NCBI GenBank assembly: GCA_964650245.1
Contig: CAZYQK010000001.1
Location: forward strand, 1 to 58,051
Direction of reading: 5' to 3'
Length of the DNA: 58,051 nucleotides
DNA from: an uncultured bacterium
GTDB taxonomy: Bacteria; Eisenbacteria; RBG-16-71-46
Below the pieces are notes generated by a model. That model was not told the DNA's origin and ran no database searches. It was given only the letters and a program-made list of their open reading frames with translations. This document shows, piece after piece, positions 27,024 through 36,076 of the stretch. Numbering within the stretch: the first letter of the stretch is position 1; each line of letters starts with the position of its first letter. Position numbers and translations under genes: made by a program.

Positions 27024-27881
27024 TCAGCTCGAGCTGCTGTCCGGAACGGCGGGCGTCTCGGTCACGTTGGCGTTGCGGATGATCCGGATCTTCGACGGCT
27101 CCCGCCGGGACGGCGCGACCACCCGCGACACCGGCGCGCTGGCGGCCACCGCGCGGCGCGACGGCGCCGGCGGGCTGGCTCCCAGCATCTGGCGGGTCGA
27201 GAACGAGGGCACGTTCACGAGCGCCCCGTCCTCGGGATTTCGAAGCACGAGGTGGATCTCGCCCTCGTGCTGGGCGTGCGCGAGCACCTCCGCGCCCTGC
27301 GGATCCACCAGCAGCGTCACCGCCTGCACGTTGATCGGCTTGTGGTCCTGCTGCTGCGTCTTCTGGCCTGCCGCCAGCACCTCCACGTTCTGGAGCAGCG
27401 TGCGGGTCACCGCGTCCTCGGTGTTGTTGCGGGAATCCATAGTGCTCAGCACGTCCACCCGATCGCCGGGAAGCACGAAGCCGGAGACGCCGGAAACCTG
27501 GTTCACCTCGATGCTGGCCGCGCGCATCTTGGGGCGCACCAGCATCGAGAGGCCGCCGCCGCGCGACGAGAGCTTGATCGCCGTCATCGGCTCGCGCGCC
27601 GCCATGAATACCTTGGTGGTCTGCCCCACCACGGAGTCGACCGTGGAGTACGCGCCCTCCGGGACCGCATCTTTCGGAAAGTGCGCGATCCGGAGCATGG
27701 TGGGCTCCAGCTTGGTGCCAAACGTCAGGTCCGTCGCGACCACCACCACGTCGCGCTGCTTCGCCTGCTGGCCCGCCGCCGTGCGGGCCGCCACGCCGTT
27801 GAGTCCCGCGTATCCGACCGCCGCCGCCGCCGCACCCAGCAGCAGCGCGAGACCGATCAGCCGCTGCCCCTGATTCGCCAT
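27024..27881 (-). CDS. cpaB: Flp pilus assembly protein CpaB/RcpC
   Basis: TM anchor, SAF-like domain (VVVATDLTFGTKLEPTMLRIAHFP) and RcpC-type beta domain (FVLPGDRVDVL...TLLQNVEVLAAG). Confidence 0.9.
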   Translation of the reverse strand: MANQGQRLIGLALLLGAAAAAVGYAGLNGVAARTAAGQQAKQRDVVVVATDLTFGTKLEPTMLRIAHFPKDAVPEGAYSTVDSVVGQTTKVFMAAREPMTAIKLSSRGGGLSMLVRPKMRAASIEVNQVSGVSGFVLPGDRVDVLSTMDSRNNTEDAVTRTLLQNVEVLAAGQKTQQQDHKPINVQAVTLLVDPQGAEVLAHAQHEGEIHLVLRNPEDGALVNVPSFSTRQMLGASPPAPSRRAVAASAPVSRVVAPSRREPSKIRIIRNANVTETPAVPDSSSS

Positions 27882-27903
27882 GACCGTCGCACCTCCCAGA
27901 GGA

Positions 27904-28323
27904 TCAGGCGCCTTCCTTGCGCATCCACGCGACGCCGGTGAGCGTCACCGGACTCGTGTACGCGGCGCCCAGCCAGTTGAACAACCCGGGGAAGAGCCAG
28001 TTGAACTCGACCCCGACCGAGACGCTCATCAGCCGCTCCGCGGTGGGCCCCGTGAGACCGAGGCTCGCGAGCGTCGCGTTGGCGGCGCCCGTCACCTGCA
28101 GCACGCGCTGGCGGACCGCCGCGCTGTCGGCCATGCTGCTGACCACCAGCTCGCGGACACCCTCTCGCGCCGCCTGGTAGGCCAGGTTCTTCACGAAGAA
28201 CGCGCGAGAGAGGTCCACCACCGTAAGCGTGAGCACCAGCATCAGCGGGAACACGAGCGCGAACTCGATCAGCGCCGTGCCGCGCTCACGACTCCACTCC
28301 GGATACGGCTGGGCGTTCGTCAT
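27904..28323 (-). CDS. tadE: TadE-like pseudopilin
   Basis: ERGTALIEFALVFPLMLVLTLTVVDLSRAF is the TadE N-terminal motif. An alternative ATG at 28359 would overlap cpaA. Confidence 0.85.
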   Translation of the reverse strand: MTNAQPYPEWSRERGTALIEFALVFPLMLVLTLTVVDLSRAFFVKNLAYQAAREGVRELVVSSMADSAAVRQRVLQVTGAANATLASLGLTGPTAERLMSVSVGVEFNWLFPGLFNWLGAAYTSPVTLTGVAWMRKEGA

Positions 28324-28343
28324 CCGGCCGGGGTTATCGGCGG

Positions 28344-28859
28344 TCAGACGCCGATCCATAACCCCAGAACGGAGCCGGCGAGAACCGCCAGCGCGAAGGG
28401 GAATCGCACCCCGGAGCCGGGGGGCGGGGGCGTGGCCGCGGCATCGGGCCGCAGCGCCCAGGCCCCGAGCCAGGCCGTGTTCCAGAGCGTCTGGCGCAGC
28501 AGCCCCCGGCGCGCCGCGACCGCCAGCGCCACGACGCCTCCCGCGATCAGGGCGGCGAGCGTGGCGAACAGGGCCTGCGGAAACGCGAACCAGGCGCCGA
28601 CGGCGGCCATCAGCTTGACGTCGCCCGCGCCCGTGAAGCGGAGAAGCCAGCCGGGAAGCATCACGCCGCCCGCCAGCAGCATGCCGGCGAGCGAGCTCTT
28701 GAGCCCGGCGGGCCCTTCCAGCCAGAAATGCGTCAACAGGGCCAGCGCGAGCGCCGGCCCCGTGAGCGCGTTGGGAATCCTCCGCGCCCGAACGTCCGCC
28801 CGAGCCGCGAGCACCGCGAGGACGACCACGGGCGCTGCAACCCAGAGCGGGACGTTCAT
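28344..28859 (-). CDS. cpaA: Flp prepilin peptidase CpaA/TadV (A24 family, no methyltransferase domain)
   Basis: 171 aa, polytopic, with RRIPNAL and GAGDVKLMAAVG carrying the catalytic Asp residues. Confidence 0.88.
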   Translation of the reverse strand: MNVPLWVAAPVVVLAVLAARADVRARRIPNALTGPALALALLTHFWLEGPAGLKSSLAGMLLAGGVMLPGWLLRFTGAGDVKLMAAVGAWFAFPQALFATLAALIAGGVVALAVAARRGLLRQTLWNTAWLGAWALRPDAAATPPPPGSGVRFPFALAVLAGSVLGLWIGV

Positions 28860-28880
28860 GGACGGGGTTCCGTGGAAGAC

Positions 28881-29063
28881 CTACGCGCTGTCGAGCGCGG
28901 TCTTCGCCTTCTTGTAGGCGTTGATGAGCGAGGTCTTGATTCCGAGCGGATCGGCGATGATGACGGCGGTCGCGACCGCTGCCACGAACGCGCACAGCAG
29001 GCCGTACTCGATCAGGTCCTCACCGCTCTCCTCGCGCAGGAAGCGGATGACGAGGTTTTTCAC
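28881..29063 (-). CDS. flp: Flp-family type IVb pilin
   Basis: GGAGG lies 8 nt before the GTG at 29063. The 60-aa product is MKNLVIRFLREESG|EDLIEYGLLCAFVAAVATAVII..., with the Flp processing motif G/xxxxEY. The remainder of listed ORF 28881..30743 is shadow. Confidence 0.88.
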   Translation of the reverse strand: MKNLVIRFLREESGEDLIEYGLLCAFVAAVATAVIIADPLGIKTSLINAYKKAKTALDSA

Positions 29064-29205
29064 GGAACGTTCCTCCTTCAGAAGAGAAAGTGACTCGGAC
29101 GCGACGCCGTAATCGGCTGACGCGTGGGCCTCGTTGAGCTCCGTTTCCGCGGTCGTCCGCAGGCGACGGGCTCGGGACGGGTGACGCGACCCGCTCACGT
29201 GCTGC

Positions 29206-29220
29206 GCAAGAGCCGCGCCA
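29206..29220 (-). promoter_or_regulatory. Candidate sigma54 (-24/-12) promoter about 145 nt upstream of flp
   Basis: The minus strand reads TGGCGC-GGCTC-TTGC, matching TGGCAC-N5-TTGC in spacing. No enhancer-binding protein gene was seen in the window. Confidence 0.3.
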
Positions 29221-29428
29221 GCTTCCGCGCGCGTGGTGCCCGATCGCCGGAATCGCGCGCGTCGCCGCGGGATGCGAGACTCGCTGGGCTTCGCGCCCGC
29301 GCGTGATTCGCGTTCCGCAACGCGCGCAACGTGACTCCGCAATGCAACGGCGACGCGGGGTGGGTGAGAACGCGCAGCGCCCGGAGGAAGAGTGGGCGGA
29401 AGAACACGCGCGGGACGATGCCGGCCCG

Positions 29429-29630
29429 GGCACGGGTTCGCCCCCGATTCCATGCTCGGCTGCGGCCATCGGCCCAACTGCCGCGGTCGGATCTTCCACG
29501 GTCTGACGCTCGTCGTGCGCACCAGCCACCGGGGCTTGCGCGACCGCGCGACCGGCCCCAAGTCGCAGCAGCCGGGGCCCGGGAAGGAGCGAACCGCGGC
29601 CCCAACCGCCGGTAACTCGCGCCGCCGATC
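29429..29630 (+). pseudogene. Internally deleted SGNH-hydrolase paralog remnant (repeat copy 2)
   Basis: 29429-29550 matches codons ~38-80 of the SGNH gene (WHGFAPDS...VRTSHRGLRDR). It is joined directly to a sequence matching the last ~10 codons and 3' flank of the intact gene (compare 29565-29630 with 30805-30870). Confidence 0.55.
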
Positions 29631-29898
29631 CGCCCCGCGCGAATTGACGCGCGCGCTGCGACAACGGTAGCCTCGTCGCCCATGCCGCGCTGGCGACTCG
29701 AGCACACCCTGTTCGCCCTCTGGTGCGTGGTGCTCCTCGTGGGTGCGGAGCTCCTCTCGCGGTGGCTGGCTCCGACCGTTTTCCATCACCCGCGCTGGCA
29801 CGGGTTCGCTCCCGATTCCGTGCTCGGCTACGGGCACCGGCCGAACTACCGCGGACGGATCTTCTATACGGTGACGATCGACGTGCGCACCAACCACC
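29631..29898 (+). repeat. Direct repeat copy 3 (5' UTR plus first ~72 codons of the intact SGNH gene)
   Basis: Aligns with 19845-20113, including the shared upstream ...gccccgcgcg...gacaacggt.gcctcg..gcccATGccgcgctggcga. Confidence 0.75.
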
Positions 29899-30836
29899 TC
29901 GGCCTGCGCGACCGTGAGTACGGTCCGCCCCGGCCCGACGTGCGTCGCGTGCTCATGATCGGGGGCTCGCAGACCTTCGGTCTGGTCGAGGAGGAACAGA
30001 CCTTCACCCGGCTCCTGGAGCGCGAGTTGAACCGGAGCGGAGGGCGGTGGGAGGTCATCAACGCGGGCATCAACGGGTACGGCACCGAGCAGGAGTTGGA
30101 GCTGATGCGGCGGTTGCTCCCCGTCTACCGCCCCGATCTCGTGGTGCTGAACGTCTCCGCGAACGACTTCTACGACAACCAGTATCGCCCGTTGGAGCGG
30201 TGGTGGGTCGACGGCCGCGGCGATCTGCACTCGCGAACCGAGACAGAGGCGGGGTCGCTCCCGCCGCGCCCGGGTCTCGCGGGGATCCGTGACCGGATCG
30301 GCGCATACGTGAACCTGTTCACGCTGGCGTCCAACACGGCCGGGCGGCTCGTCCACCGCTTTCGCGCCGAGGATCGCACCCAGGAGCGGGGTCAAGTGGG
30401 TGAGTTCGTCGGCCGGCTCCTCGAGCGACGCTGGGATGCCGTGATCGCCCGGCAATCGGCACGCACCGACAGCCTGCTCGGACAACTGGCGACCACGGCT
30501 CGGTCGGCTTCGGTCCGGCTGCTTCTGGTGGACGAAGGAGCGCGAGGCGCGGTGTCGTGGGCGATGTGGCCGGCCGGGACGGACACGGCCCGCTACGACC
30601 TCGACCGCGGGACCGCACTCCTCGATCAGACCGCCTCCCGGCTCGGCGTGCCGTGCGTTCACATCCTTCCGGCGCTGCGGGCCGCCCGCGATCCCGTGTC
30701 GCTCTACCTGCCGGGCGACGAGCACTGGGGCCCGCGCGGCCACGCGCTGGCTGCGTCGGTGATCGCGCCGATGGTGCGCGCCGTGACCGACCGGGCGTCC
30801 GGCCCGAGGCCGCAGCCGCCGGGGCCCGGGAAGTAG
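29682..30836 (+). CDS. SGNH/GDSL-type hydrolase (membrane-anchored)
   Basis: N-terminal TM helix. Block I is VLMIGGSQTFG, block II/III INAGINGYGT and VVLNVSANDF, and block V LPGDEHWGPRGH. Confidence 0.85.
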   Translation: MPRWRLEHTLFALWCVVLLVGAELLSRWLAPTVFHHPRWHGFAPDSVLGYGHRPNYRGRIFYTVTIDVRTNHLGLRDREYGPPRPDVRRVLMIGGSQTFGLVEEEQTFTRLLERELNRSGGRWEVINAGINGYGTEQELELMRRLLPVYRPDLVVLNVSANDFYDNQYRPLERWWVDGRGDLHSRTETEAGSLPPRPGLAGIRDRIGAYVNLFTLASNTAGRLVHRFRAEDRTQERGQVGEFVGRLLERRWDAVIARQSARTDSLLGQLATTARSASVRLLLVDEGARGAVSWAMWPAGTDTARYDLDRGTALLDQTASRLGVPCVHILPALRAARDPVSLYLPGDEHWGPRGHALAASVIAPMVRAVTDRASGPRPQPPGPGK

Positions 30837-30967
30837 CGAACCGCGGCCTCAACCGCGGGGAACTCGCGTCGCCGATCCGCCCGCAGCCGCGCACGACGCT
30901 GGCCGCGTCGAGCGTCAACTCCTCCCTCCTGCGGGCCGATAACGTCCGAACGAAGGGAGAATTCCCC

Positions 30968-32341
30968 ATGATTCGAAGGCTGATGCCGGCGCTGCTCGCG
31001 CTTCTGACCGTGTTCGGTTGTGCAGGACCGTCCAGGCTCGCCCAGCGAAGCGAAGAGAAGCTCGCGGGTGGCGAGAACGGACGCGCCTGGGAGCTGGCGA
31101 TCCGGGCGCTCGACAAGGATCCCGGCAACGCGCGGGCCCGCTCCGCGGCCACCGCGGCCGGGAACGCCCTGGCCCGGGACTGGGAGCGGCGCATCCCGGT
31201 GCTCGCCCAGTCGGACAGCGTCGCGGCGGCCGAGCAGGTGCTCGAGCTGGCGTCGTTCCGCGTGGGCGCGGTTCGCTACGCCGCGATTACGGTGAGTCCC
31301 GAGTGGTCGCGTGCAGAGCAGGCGCTCCGGCACATGGCGGCGCGCACCCACTACCGGCGCGGCGTGGCGGACTACGCGGCGCGGCGGCCCAAGCGGGCCT
31401 ACCTGCGCTTCGCCGACGCCCAGCGCTTCGTGCCTGATTACCGTGACGCCGCCCGGCTCGCGGACCGCGCCTACGAAAAGGCTCTCACCCGGGTCGTGGT
31501 CGTGCCGTTCTCCGCCGCCTCCGGCAACGCCTCGCTTGGGCGCGAGGTGGCCGCAGAGTGGCGCGACGTGCTGGCCCGGCGCCTGGCCGCGCCGGACGCG
31601 CACTTCACGCGCATCCTGGGCAGCGCCGAGGTGGAGCAGCAGATGAGCGTTTCCCAGCTCGGCCGCCTGTCGCGCGAGGAGGCGCTGGGCCTCGGCCGCA
31701 AGGCGGGGGCCGAGCGCGTGGTGTGGGGCTCGATCGGCGGCGTGGACTCCAAGACCAGCCTGCAACTCTTCACCGACGTGATCGCGCGCCGCATCGTGGA
31801 GAAGAACCCCGACGGCAGCCAGGTGGTGCGCTGGGTGGACATGCCGATCGAAGTGATCGCCCGCGTACGCACCGTGACGGCGGACGTGGACTACGAGGTC
31901 ATCGCGACCCGGGGAGGCGCCACGCTCGCCCATCAGCGCTCGCAGCGCTCGACCAGCGCGCGCGTGGTGTGGACCTCGTTCACGCCGACGGGCGACCTCG
32001 GGGCCTACGCACTGGTCTCGGAGGTAGTGCGCGCCGCGCATCCCGCACGCGCGAAGGAGGTCGAGACCCGCTGGAAGGACGTGTGCGGCGACAGGACCAC
32101 GCTGCAGCAGGTGCTCGAGGCGCGGCGCTCGACGCAGAGCTCCGGGCGCTACGACCGCGACGTGCTGCCGCGCTTCATCGCCGGCGCCGCCTTCGTGTTC
32201 CTTCAGGATCTGCCTCCGGTGGAGGACCTGGCGTTCGCGGCGCTCGCGGGCGGCTGGCAGCCGCTGCGCGCGGATCTTCAGTGCCTCGACCCGGTGGACG
32301 ACGTGGATCTCGGGCTGGCGGCGGGGGACGACGGGCGCTGA
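30968..32341 (+). CDS. Hypothetical lipoprotein
   Basis: AAGGGAGA RBS. MIRRLMPALLALLTVFGC contains a lipobox. An N-terminal helical/TPR-like part is followed by a region (VVVVPFSAASGNASLGREVA...) reminiscent of LpoB/CsgG-type lipoprotein folds. I am not confident of any family. Confidence 0.75.
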   Translation: MIRRLMPALLALLTVFGCAGPSRLAQRSEEKLAGGENGRAWELAIRALDKDPGNARARSAATAAGNALARDWERRIPVLAQSDSVAAAEQVLELASFRVGAVRYAAITVSPEWSRAEQALRHMAARTHYRRGVADYAARRPKRAYLRFADAQRFVPDYRDAARLADRAYEKALTRVVVVPFSAASGNASLGREVAAEWRDVLARRLAAPDAHFTRILGSAEVEQQMSVSQLGRLSREEALGLGRKAGAERVVWGSIGGVDSKTSLQLFTDVIARRIVEKNPDGSQVVRWVDMPIEVIARVRTVTADVDYEVIATRGGATLAHQRSQRSTSARVVWTSFTPTGDLGAYALVSEVVRAAHPARAKEVETRWKDVCGDRTTLQQVLEARRSTQSSGRYDRDVLPRFIAGAAFVFLQDLPPVEDLAFAALAGGWQPLRADLQCLDPVDDVDLGLAAGDDGR

Positions 32342-32715
32342 GAGCGACCTGCGGTCGGCCAGATGTCCGCCCCTCGCGGTGAAAATGCGTGCATCGACCG
32401 GCCCCCCATCGGATTCGAGTCGGCCCGGCATGGCCGCGCATGCCCGGCGAGCACCACGCGGCCCTGTCACCTGAAACCAGCCTGCAACTTGGGGTTACCC
32501 GGGCGCACATGACGCGGCCTGTCCTGGCGGGGCGCTGGCGGTGCCCCCGCATGTGAGCCTCCCCGCGAGGGCCTGCATCTTGCACGGGCGGCCAGCGGCT
32601 CGAGCCTGACCCCGCTCCTCGCGCGCCCATCGCAAGGGAGCAAACACAACCATCATCCCGCAGCACCCGCGGTCATGATCCGACCGGCGGGCGGCGCGTC
32701 CTGAAGGAGCGAACG

Positions 32716-35394
32716 ATGACGGCCCTCTTCAAGAATCTGCTCGGCAATGGCTCCAGAGATCGGGAACTCGCCGAGGAGATGCGCGCGGCCCTTCACGAGA
32801 TGCGTCGGGAGCGCGAACGCTTCGAGACGCTGGTCCAGGAATCCCGCGCCGCCGCGGATCGGCTGCATCAGCTCGGCGAGCCGATCGCGAAGGCGGGGAG
32901 CGACGTGCAGGCGGTGACCGCACGCCTCGCGGAGATGGAGCAGCGACTCGAAGCCATCGCGCGGCTCGCGACGCAGATCGAGACGCTCGACGAGCGCTCC
33001 GAAGGCCTGGCGCAAGAGCAGCAGCGGGCCGAGACCCAGTTCGCCACCGTGGCCGAGGATTCGCAGCGGATCCGCGCGGTCTTCGAAGAGCTGAGCCAGA
33101 AGGTGGACCTCGCCGGGAGTCTTAAGAGCCAGCTGGAGGCGTTTCTCGAGGTCGAGAAGCCGTTCCAGCTCCTGCGGGGCGACGCCGACGCGCTCCGGGG
33201 CCAGGTCGAGGGAACGGGCGAGCACCTGGGCCGCCTGCGCGAGCAGCACGAACGTCTGATGGATGCGCACAAGCTCGCCATGTCGAAGATGGAGGCGCTC
33301 GACCGGCGCCGCGAAGACCTGAGCCGCGATCTTCAGGACAAGGAGCGGCGGGTGGTCGGCGTCGAGCAGGCCGTTCGCGGCATGGACGGCGCCCGGCAGG
33401 CGGTCGACGACGTCCGTCGCGAGCTGGGAACGCTGAAGGCGCAAGCCGACTCCATCGCGCAGAAGACCGCCGCGCTCGAGATGCAGCGCGAAGCGGTCGA
33501 GCGGGCGCTCTCTCAGGCGGACAGCCTCGAGCGGGCGATGCGCCAGATCGACGCCGGCGTTCGGCAACAGCAGGAGAACGAGAAGACGCTGAGCGTGATG
33601 CAGGACGAGGTCTCGGCACTGCGGTCGCTGCACGAGGAGGTTCTGGAGCGCTCGAGCGAGATCTCCCGGGTCCAGCGCCAGACCGAGGAGCAGGCCGGGA
33701 TCATTCGCCACGAGCTGACGGCGGCGCAGGACGAGATGAAGAACGCGGTGGAGCGGTTCGACTTCGAGAGCAAGGGCCTCGAGTCGGTCACTCAGCGCGT
33801 GGCGGATCTGCGCGGCGCACTCTCGGACTTCGAGAACCGGTTCAAGGGCCTCCGGGAGTCGAGCCAGACGGTGGGTGAGCTGAGCTCCCAGACCCGGGCC
33901 CTCTCGGCCCAGGTGAAGGGCCTGGTCGAGGAAACCGTCCGAATCGACGAGGAAGCGAAGAAGCTGCACGCGATCCGCCGGGACCTGGACCAGGCCACCC
34001 TGGCGACCCGCGAGCTGGCCCCGCAGGTCGCGCGCATCGAGGAAGCGCGGCCCACGGTGGACGCCGTCCTGCGCGACTTCGAGCAGTTGAGCGGCACTCA
34101 CGCGATGGTGAAGGACACGCTCGAGCAGGCGCAGATCGCCCACGGCGAGATCGGGCGCATGCGGGAGAGTCACTCGGAGACCCGGGTCTGGCTGACGGGC
34201 GTCGAGCAGTCGCTGGGCGAGCTGAGACACCGGGTCGTCGAGCTGCAAGATCGTGCGCCCGCGGTCGAGTTCGTGCAGAAGCAGGCCCAACGCATCAGCG
34301 AGTCCATGTCGTCGATCGAATCGCGGCGTGAGTTCGTCGAGGACCTGCATAGCAGAATTGCCAACCTCGGGGCCCTGAGCGGGGCGCTGGACGACCGCGG
34401 CCGGCAGTTGCAGATGCGGATGGACGCCGCGGAGCAACAGTTCGTCGGCCTCGCCGCGCACGCCGAGGAGGCCGATCGCATCGGCAAGACGGTTTCGACC
34501 GTGTCGTCGAGCGTGCACGAGGCCGCGCGCCAGACGAGCGCGATCGAAACGACCGTCGCGGCGATCGAGGCCCGTTGCGAGTCGGTCGAAGAACTCGCGG
34601 AACGCGCCCAGACGCTGCGCCAGGAGCTCGACCAGCGGCAACACGCGCTCAAGGAGGCGGCGAAGGACCTCCAGCGCTCGTCCCGGCTGCGGCAGGAGGC
34701 GGCCGCCTCCGCGCAGCAGCTGGAGGAGCTGGCCACGCGGCTCGGCGAGGCGCTTTCGTCAGCCGACCGGCGGGCGGCGCAAGTCGCCGAATCGTCCACT
34801 CAGCTCGAAGAGCGAGTCACCCACCTGCGAATCGTGGACCAGCGCCTGGCTCAGTTCGAGGAGCGTCTGGCCAGGTGGGAACTGGTGGACCAGGAGGTCA
34901 CGCGTTCACTGGAACAGATCTCCGCGCGCCAGGGCACCATCCAGGCGCTGCAGGCCGACCTCGACCGGATGGTCGTGATGGCCGAGAAGACGTCCACCGA
35001 CGTTCGCGCGATCACCTCGGCGCAACGGGAGATCGCGGAGAGCCGGGCCCTCCTCGACGAGGTCATGGGCCGTCTCAAGGAGATTCGAGACACCGCGAGC
35101 GCGCTGGACGAGCGCAAGCGTCAGATGAGCAAGGCGGAGGAACGCCTGGCGCGCGCCGAAGGATTCCTCGTGGACGTGCGATCCAGCCTCGAGGCGCTTC
35201 ACGGTCAGAAGACCATGGTCGACCAGGCCGTCGAGAAGGCCGGCTCGCTCCGGATCCTGGTGAAGCAGGCCGAGGCCACGATCGAAGGCCTGAGAGAAGA
35301 GCGCAGGATGACGGCGAACGTCCGCGACGCGGTGACCATCGTCCGGGACAATGACGAAGAAGATGAGGATGCGGAGGAGGCGAAGGCGGCTTGA
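32716..35394 (+). CDS. 892-aa coiled-coil protein with an acidic C-terminal tail
   Basis: GAAGGAG RBS. E/R/L/A/Q-rich heptad-like sequence runs almost the whole length. There is no signal peptide, TM segment or nucleotide-binding motif. It ends DNDEEDEDAEEAKAA. The antisense ORF 32653..34644 is a shadow. Confidence 0.85.
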   Translation: MTALFKNLLGNGSRDRELAEEMRAALHEMRRERERFETLVQESRAAADRLHQLGEPIAKAGSDVQAVTARLAEMEQRLEAIARLATQIETLDERSEGLAQEQQRAETQFATVAEDSQRIRAVFEELSQKVDLAGSLKSQLEAFLEVEKPFQLLRGDADALRGQVEGTGEHLGRLREQHERLMDAHKLAMSKMEALDRRREDLSRDLQDKERRVVGVEQAVRGMDGARQAVDDVRRELGTLKAQADSIAQKTAALEMQREAVERALSQADSLERAMRQIDAGVRQQQENEKTLSVMQDEVSALRSLHEEVLERSSEISRVQRQTEEQAGIIRHELTAAQDEMKNAVERFDFESKGLESVTQRVADLRGALSDFENRFKGLRESSQTVGELSSQTRALSAQVKGLVEETVRIDEEAKKLHAIRRDLDQATLATRELAPQVARIEEARPTVDAVLRDFEQLSGTHAMVKDTLEQAQIAHGEIGRMRESHSETRVWLTGVEQSLGELRHRVVELQDRAPAVEFVQKQAQRISESMSSIESRREFVEDLHSRIANLGALSGALDDRGRQLQMRMDAAEQQFVGLAAHAEEADRIGKTVSTVSSSVHEAARQTSAIETTVAAIEARCESVEELAERAQTLRQELDQRQHALKEAAKDLQRSSRLRQEAAASAQQLEELATRLGEALSSADRRAAQVAESSTQLEERVTHLRIVDQRLAQFEERLARWELVDQEVTRSLEQISARQGTIQALQADLDRMVVMAEKTSTDVRAITSAQREIAESRALLDEVMGRLKEIRDTASALDERKRQMSKAEERLARAEGFLVDVRSSLEALHGQKTMVDQAVEKAGSLRILVKQAEATIEGLREERRMTANVRDAVTIVRDNDEEDEDAEEAKAA

Positions 35395-35414
35395 GGCGTA
35401 GCCGGCCGCGGTGA

Positions 35415-35438
35415 GGTGCGCGGCGACACCCGCGCGCC
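35415..35438 (+). terminator. Hairpin 20 nt downstream of the coiled-coil gene (candidate terminator)
   Basis: GGUGCGCGG-cgacac-CCGCGCGCC forms a 9-bp stem with one G-U pair. No U-tract follows. Confidence 0.3.
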
Positions 35439-35550
35439 GTCCGACCTCGGGCGCGATCAAGGCGCTCGCCCCGTGAGGGGGGCGCGAGCCGGCAGAACGA
35501 ATCACCGATGAAGTCACACGCCGGACGACTCGCTTGCGATTACAATTCCT

Positions 35551-35600
35551 CGACCCCCACCGCATCCCGGCCCCTCGCCACCCCCCTCCCCGCCACCGCG
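35551..35600. repeat. C-rich tract 1 (G-quadruplex-prone on the minus strand)
   Basis: cgacccccaccgcatcccggcccctcgccacccccctccccgccaccgcg. The minus strand carries G4-A-G6-N6-G4-N2-G3 and more. It lies immediately 5' of the truncated MFS fragment. Confidence 0.6.
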
Positions 35601-35602
35601 GC

Positions 35603-36076
35603 GCGATCGGAGCTTCGCTCGCGTACTTCGCGCTTACCATAGCCCTCGCTCAAGTGTTCGTCGCACCGCGGGTGATTCCCGCGCTGGGCGAGCGGCGCGC
35701 CATCCTGCTCGGGCTCTCGACGGGCCTCGTTGGCTTCCTCGGCAACGCCTTCGTCCCCCAGGGCTGGATGGTCTACGTCGTGCTGACGTTCCCTGCATTT
35801 CAGGGACTCGTCTACCCCTCGATGAACTCCACGCTCTCGAAGGCGGTGCCCGCCAACGAGCAGGGCGGGCTGCAGGGCGGCGTCGCCACCCGGTTGAGCA
35901 TGAGCGCCATCATCGGCCCGCTGCGGATGACGCAGGCGCTCGCATTCTTCACGCGCGAGGGCGCGCCGGCGCACGTTCCGGGCGCGCCATTCGGGCTGGC
36001 CGGAGCGCTCACGATCGTGTCCATGCTGATCGTGGTGTTCATGACCCGGCGCGTGTTCGCGCGGAGGAGCACGTGA
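35603..36076 (+). pseudogene. 3' fragment (last ~158 codons) of a TetA-like MFS transporter
   Basis: ...LGERRAILLGL...PQGWMVYVVLTFPAFQGLVYPSMNSTLSKAVPANEQGGLQGGVA...IIGPL... matches TM9-12 of DHA1/TetA-type MFS proteins. No N-terminal half was found in any frame upstream. Confidence 0.55.

Noticed and set aside
29064-30743. Upstream 560 codons of the 620-aa ORF 28881..30743(-)
   Set aside because: Only the last 60 codons (flp, with its own GGAGG and GTG) look real. The rest is antisense to the SGNH hydrolase gene and to non-coding DNA.
32653-34644. 663-aa minus-strand ORF antisense to the coiled-coil gene
   Set aside because: E/L/R/A-rich coiled-coil genes generate long antisense ORFs. The + strand frame has an RBS, a sensible start and stop, and continuous heptad-like sequence; the antisense frame does not.
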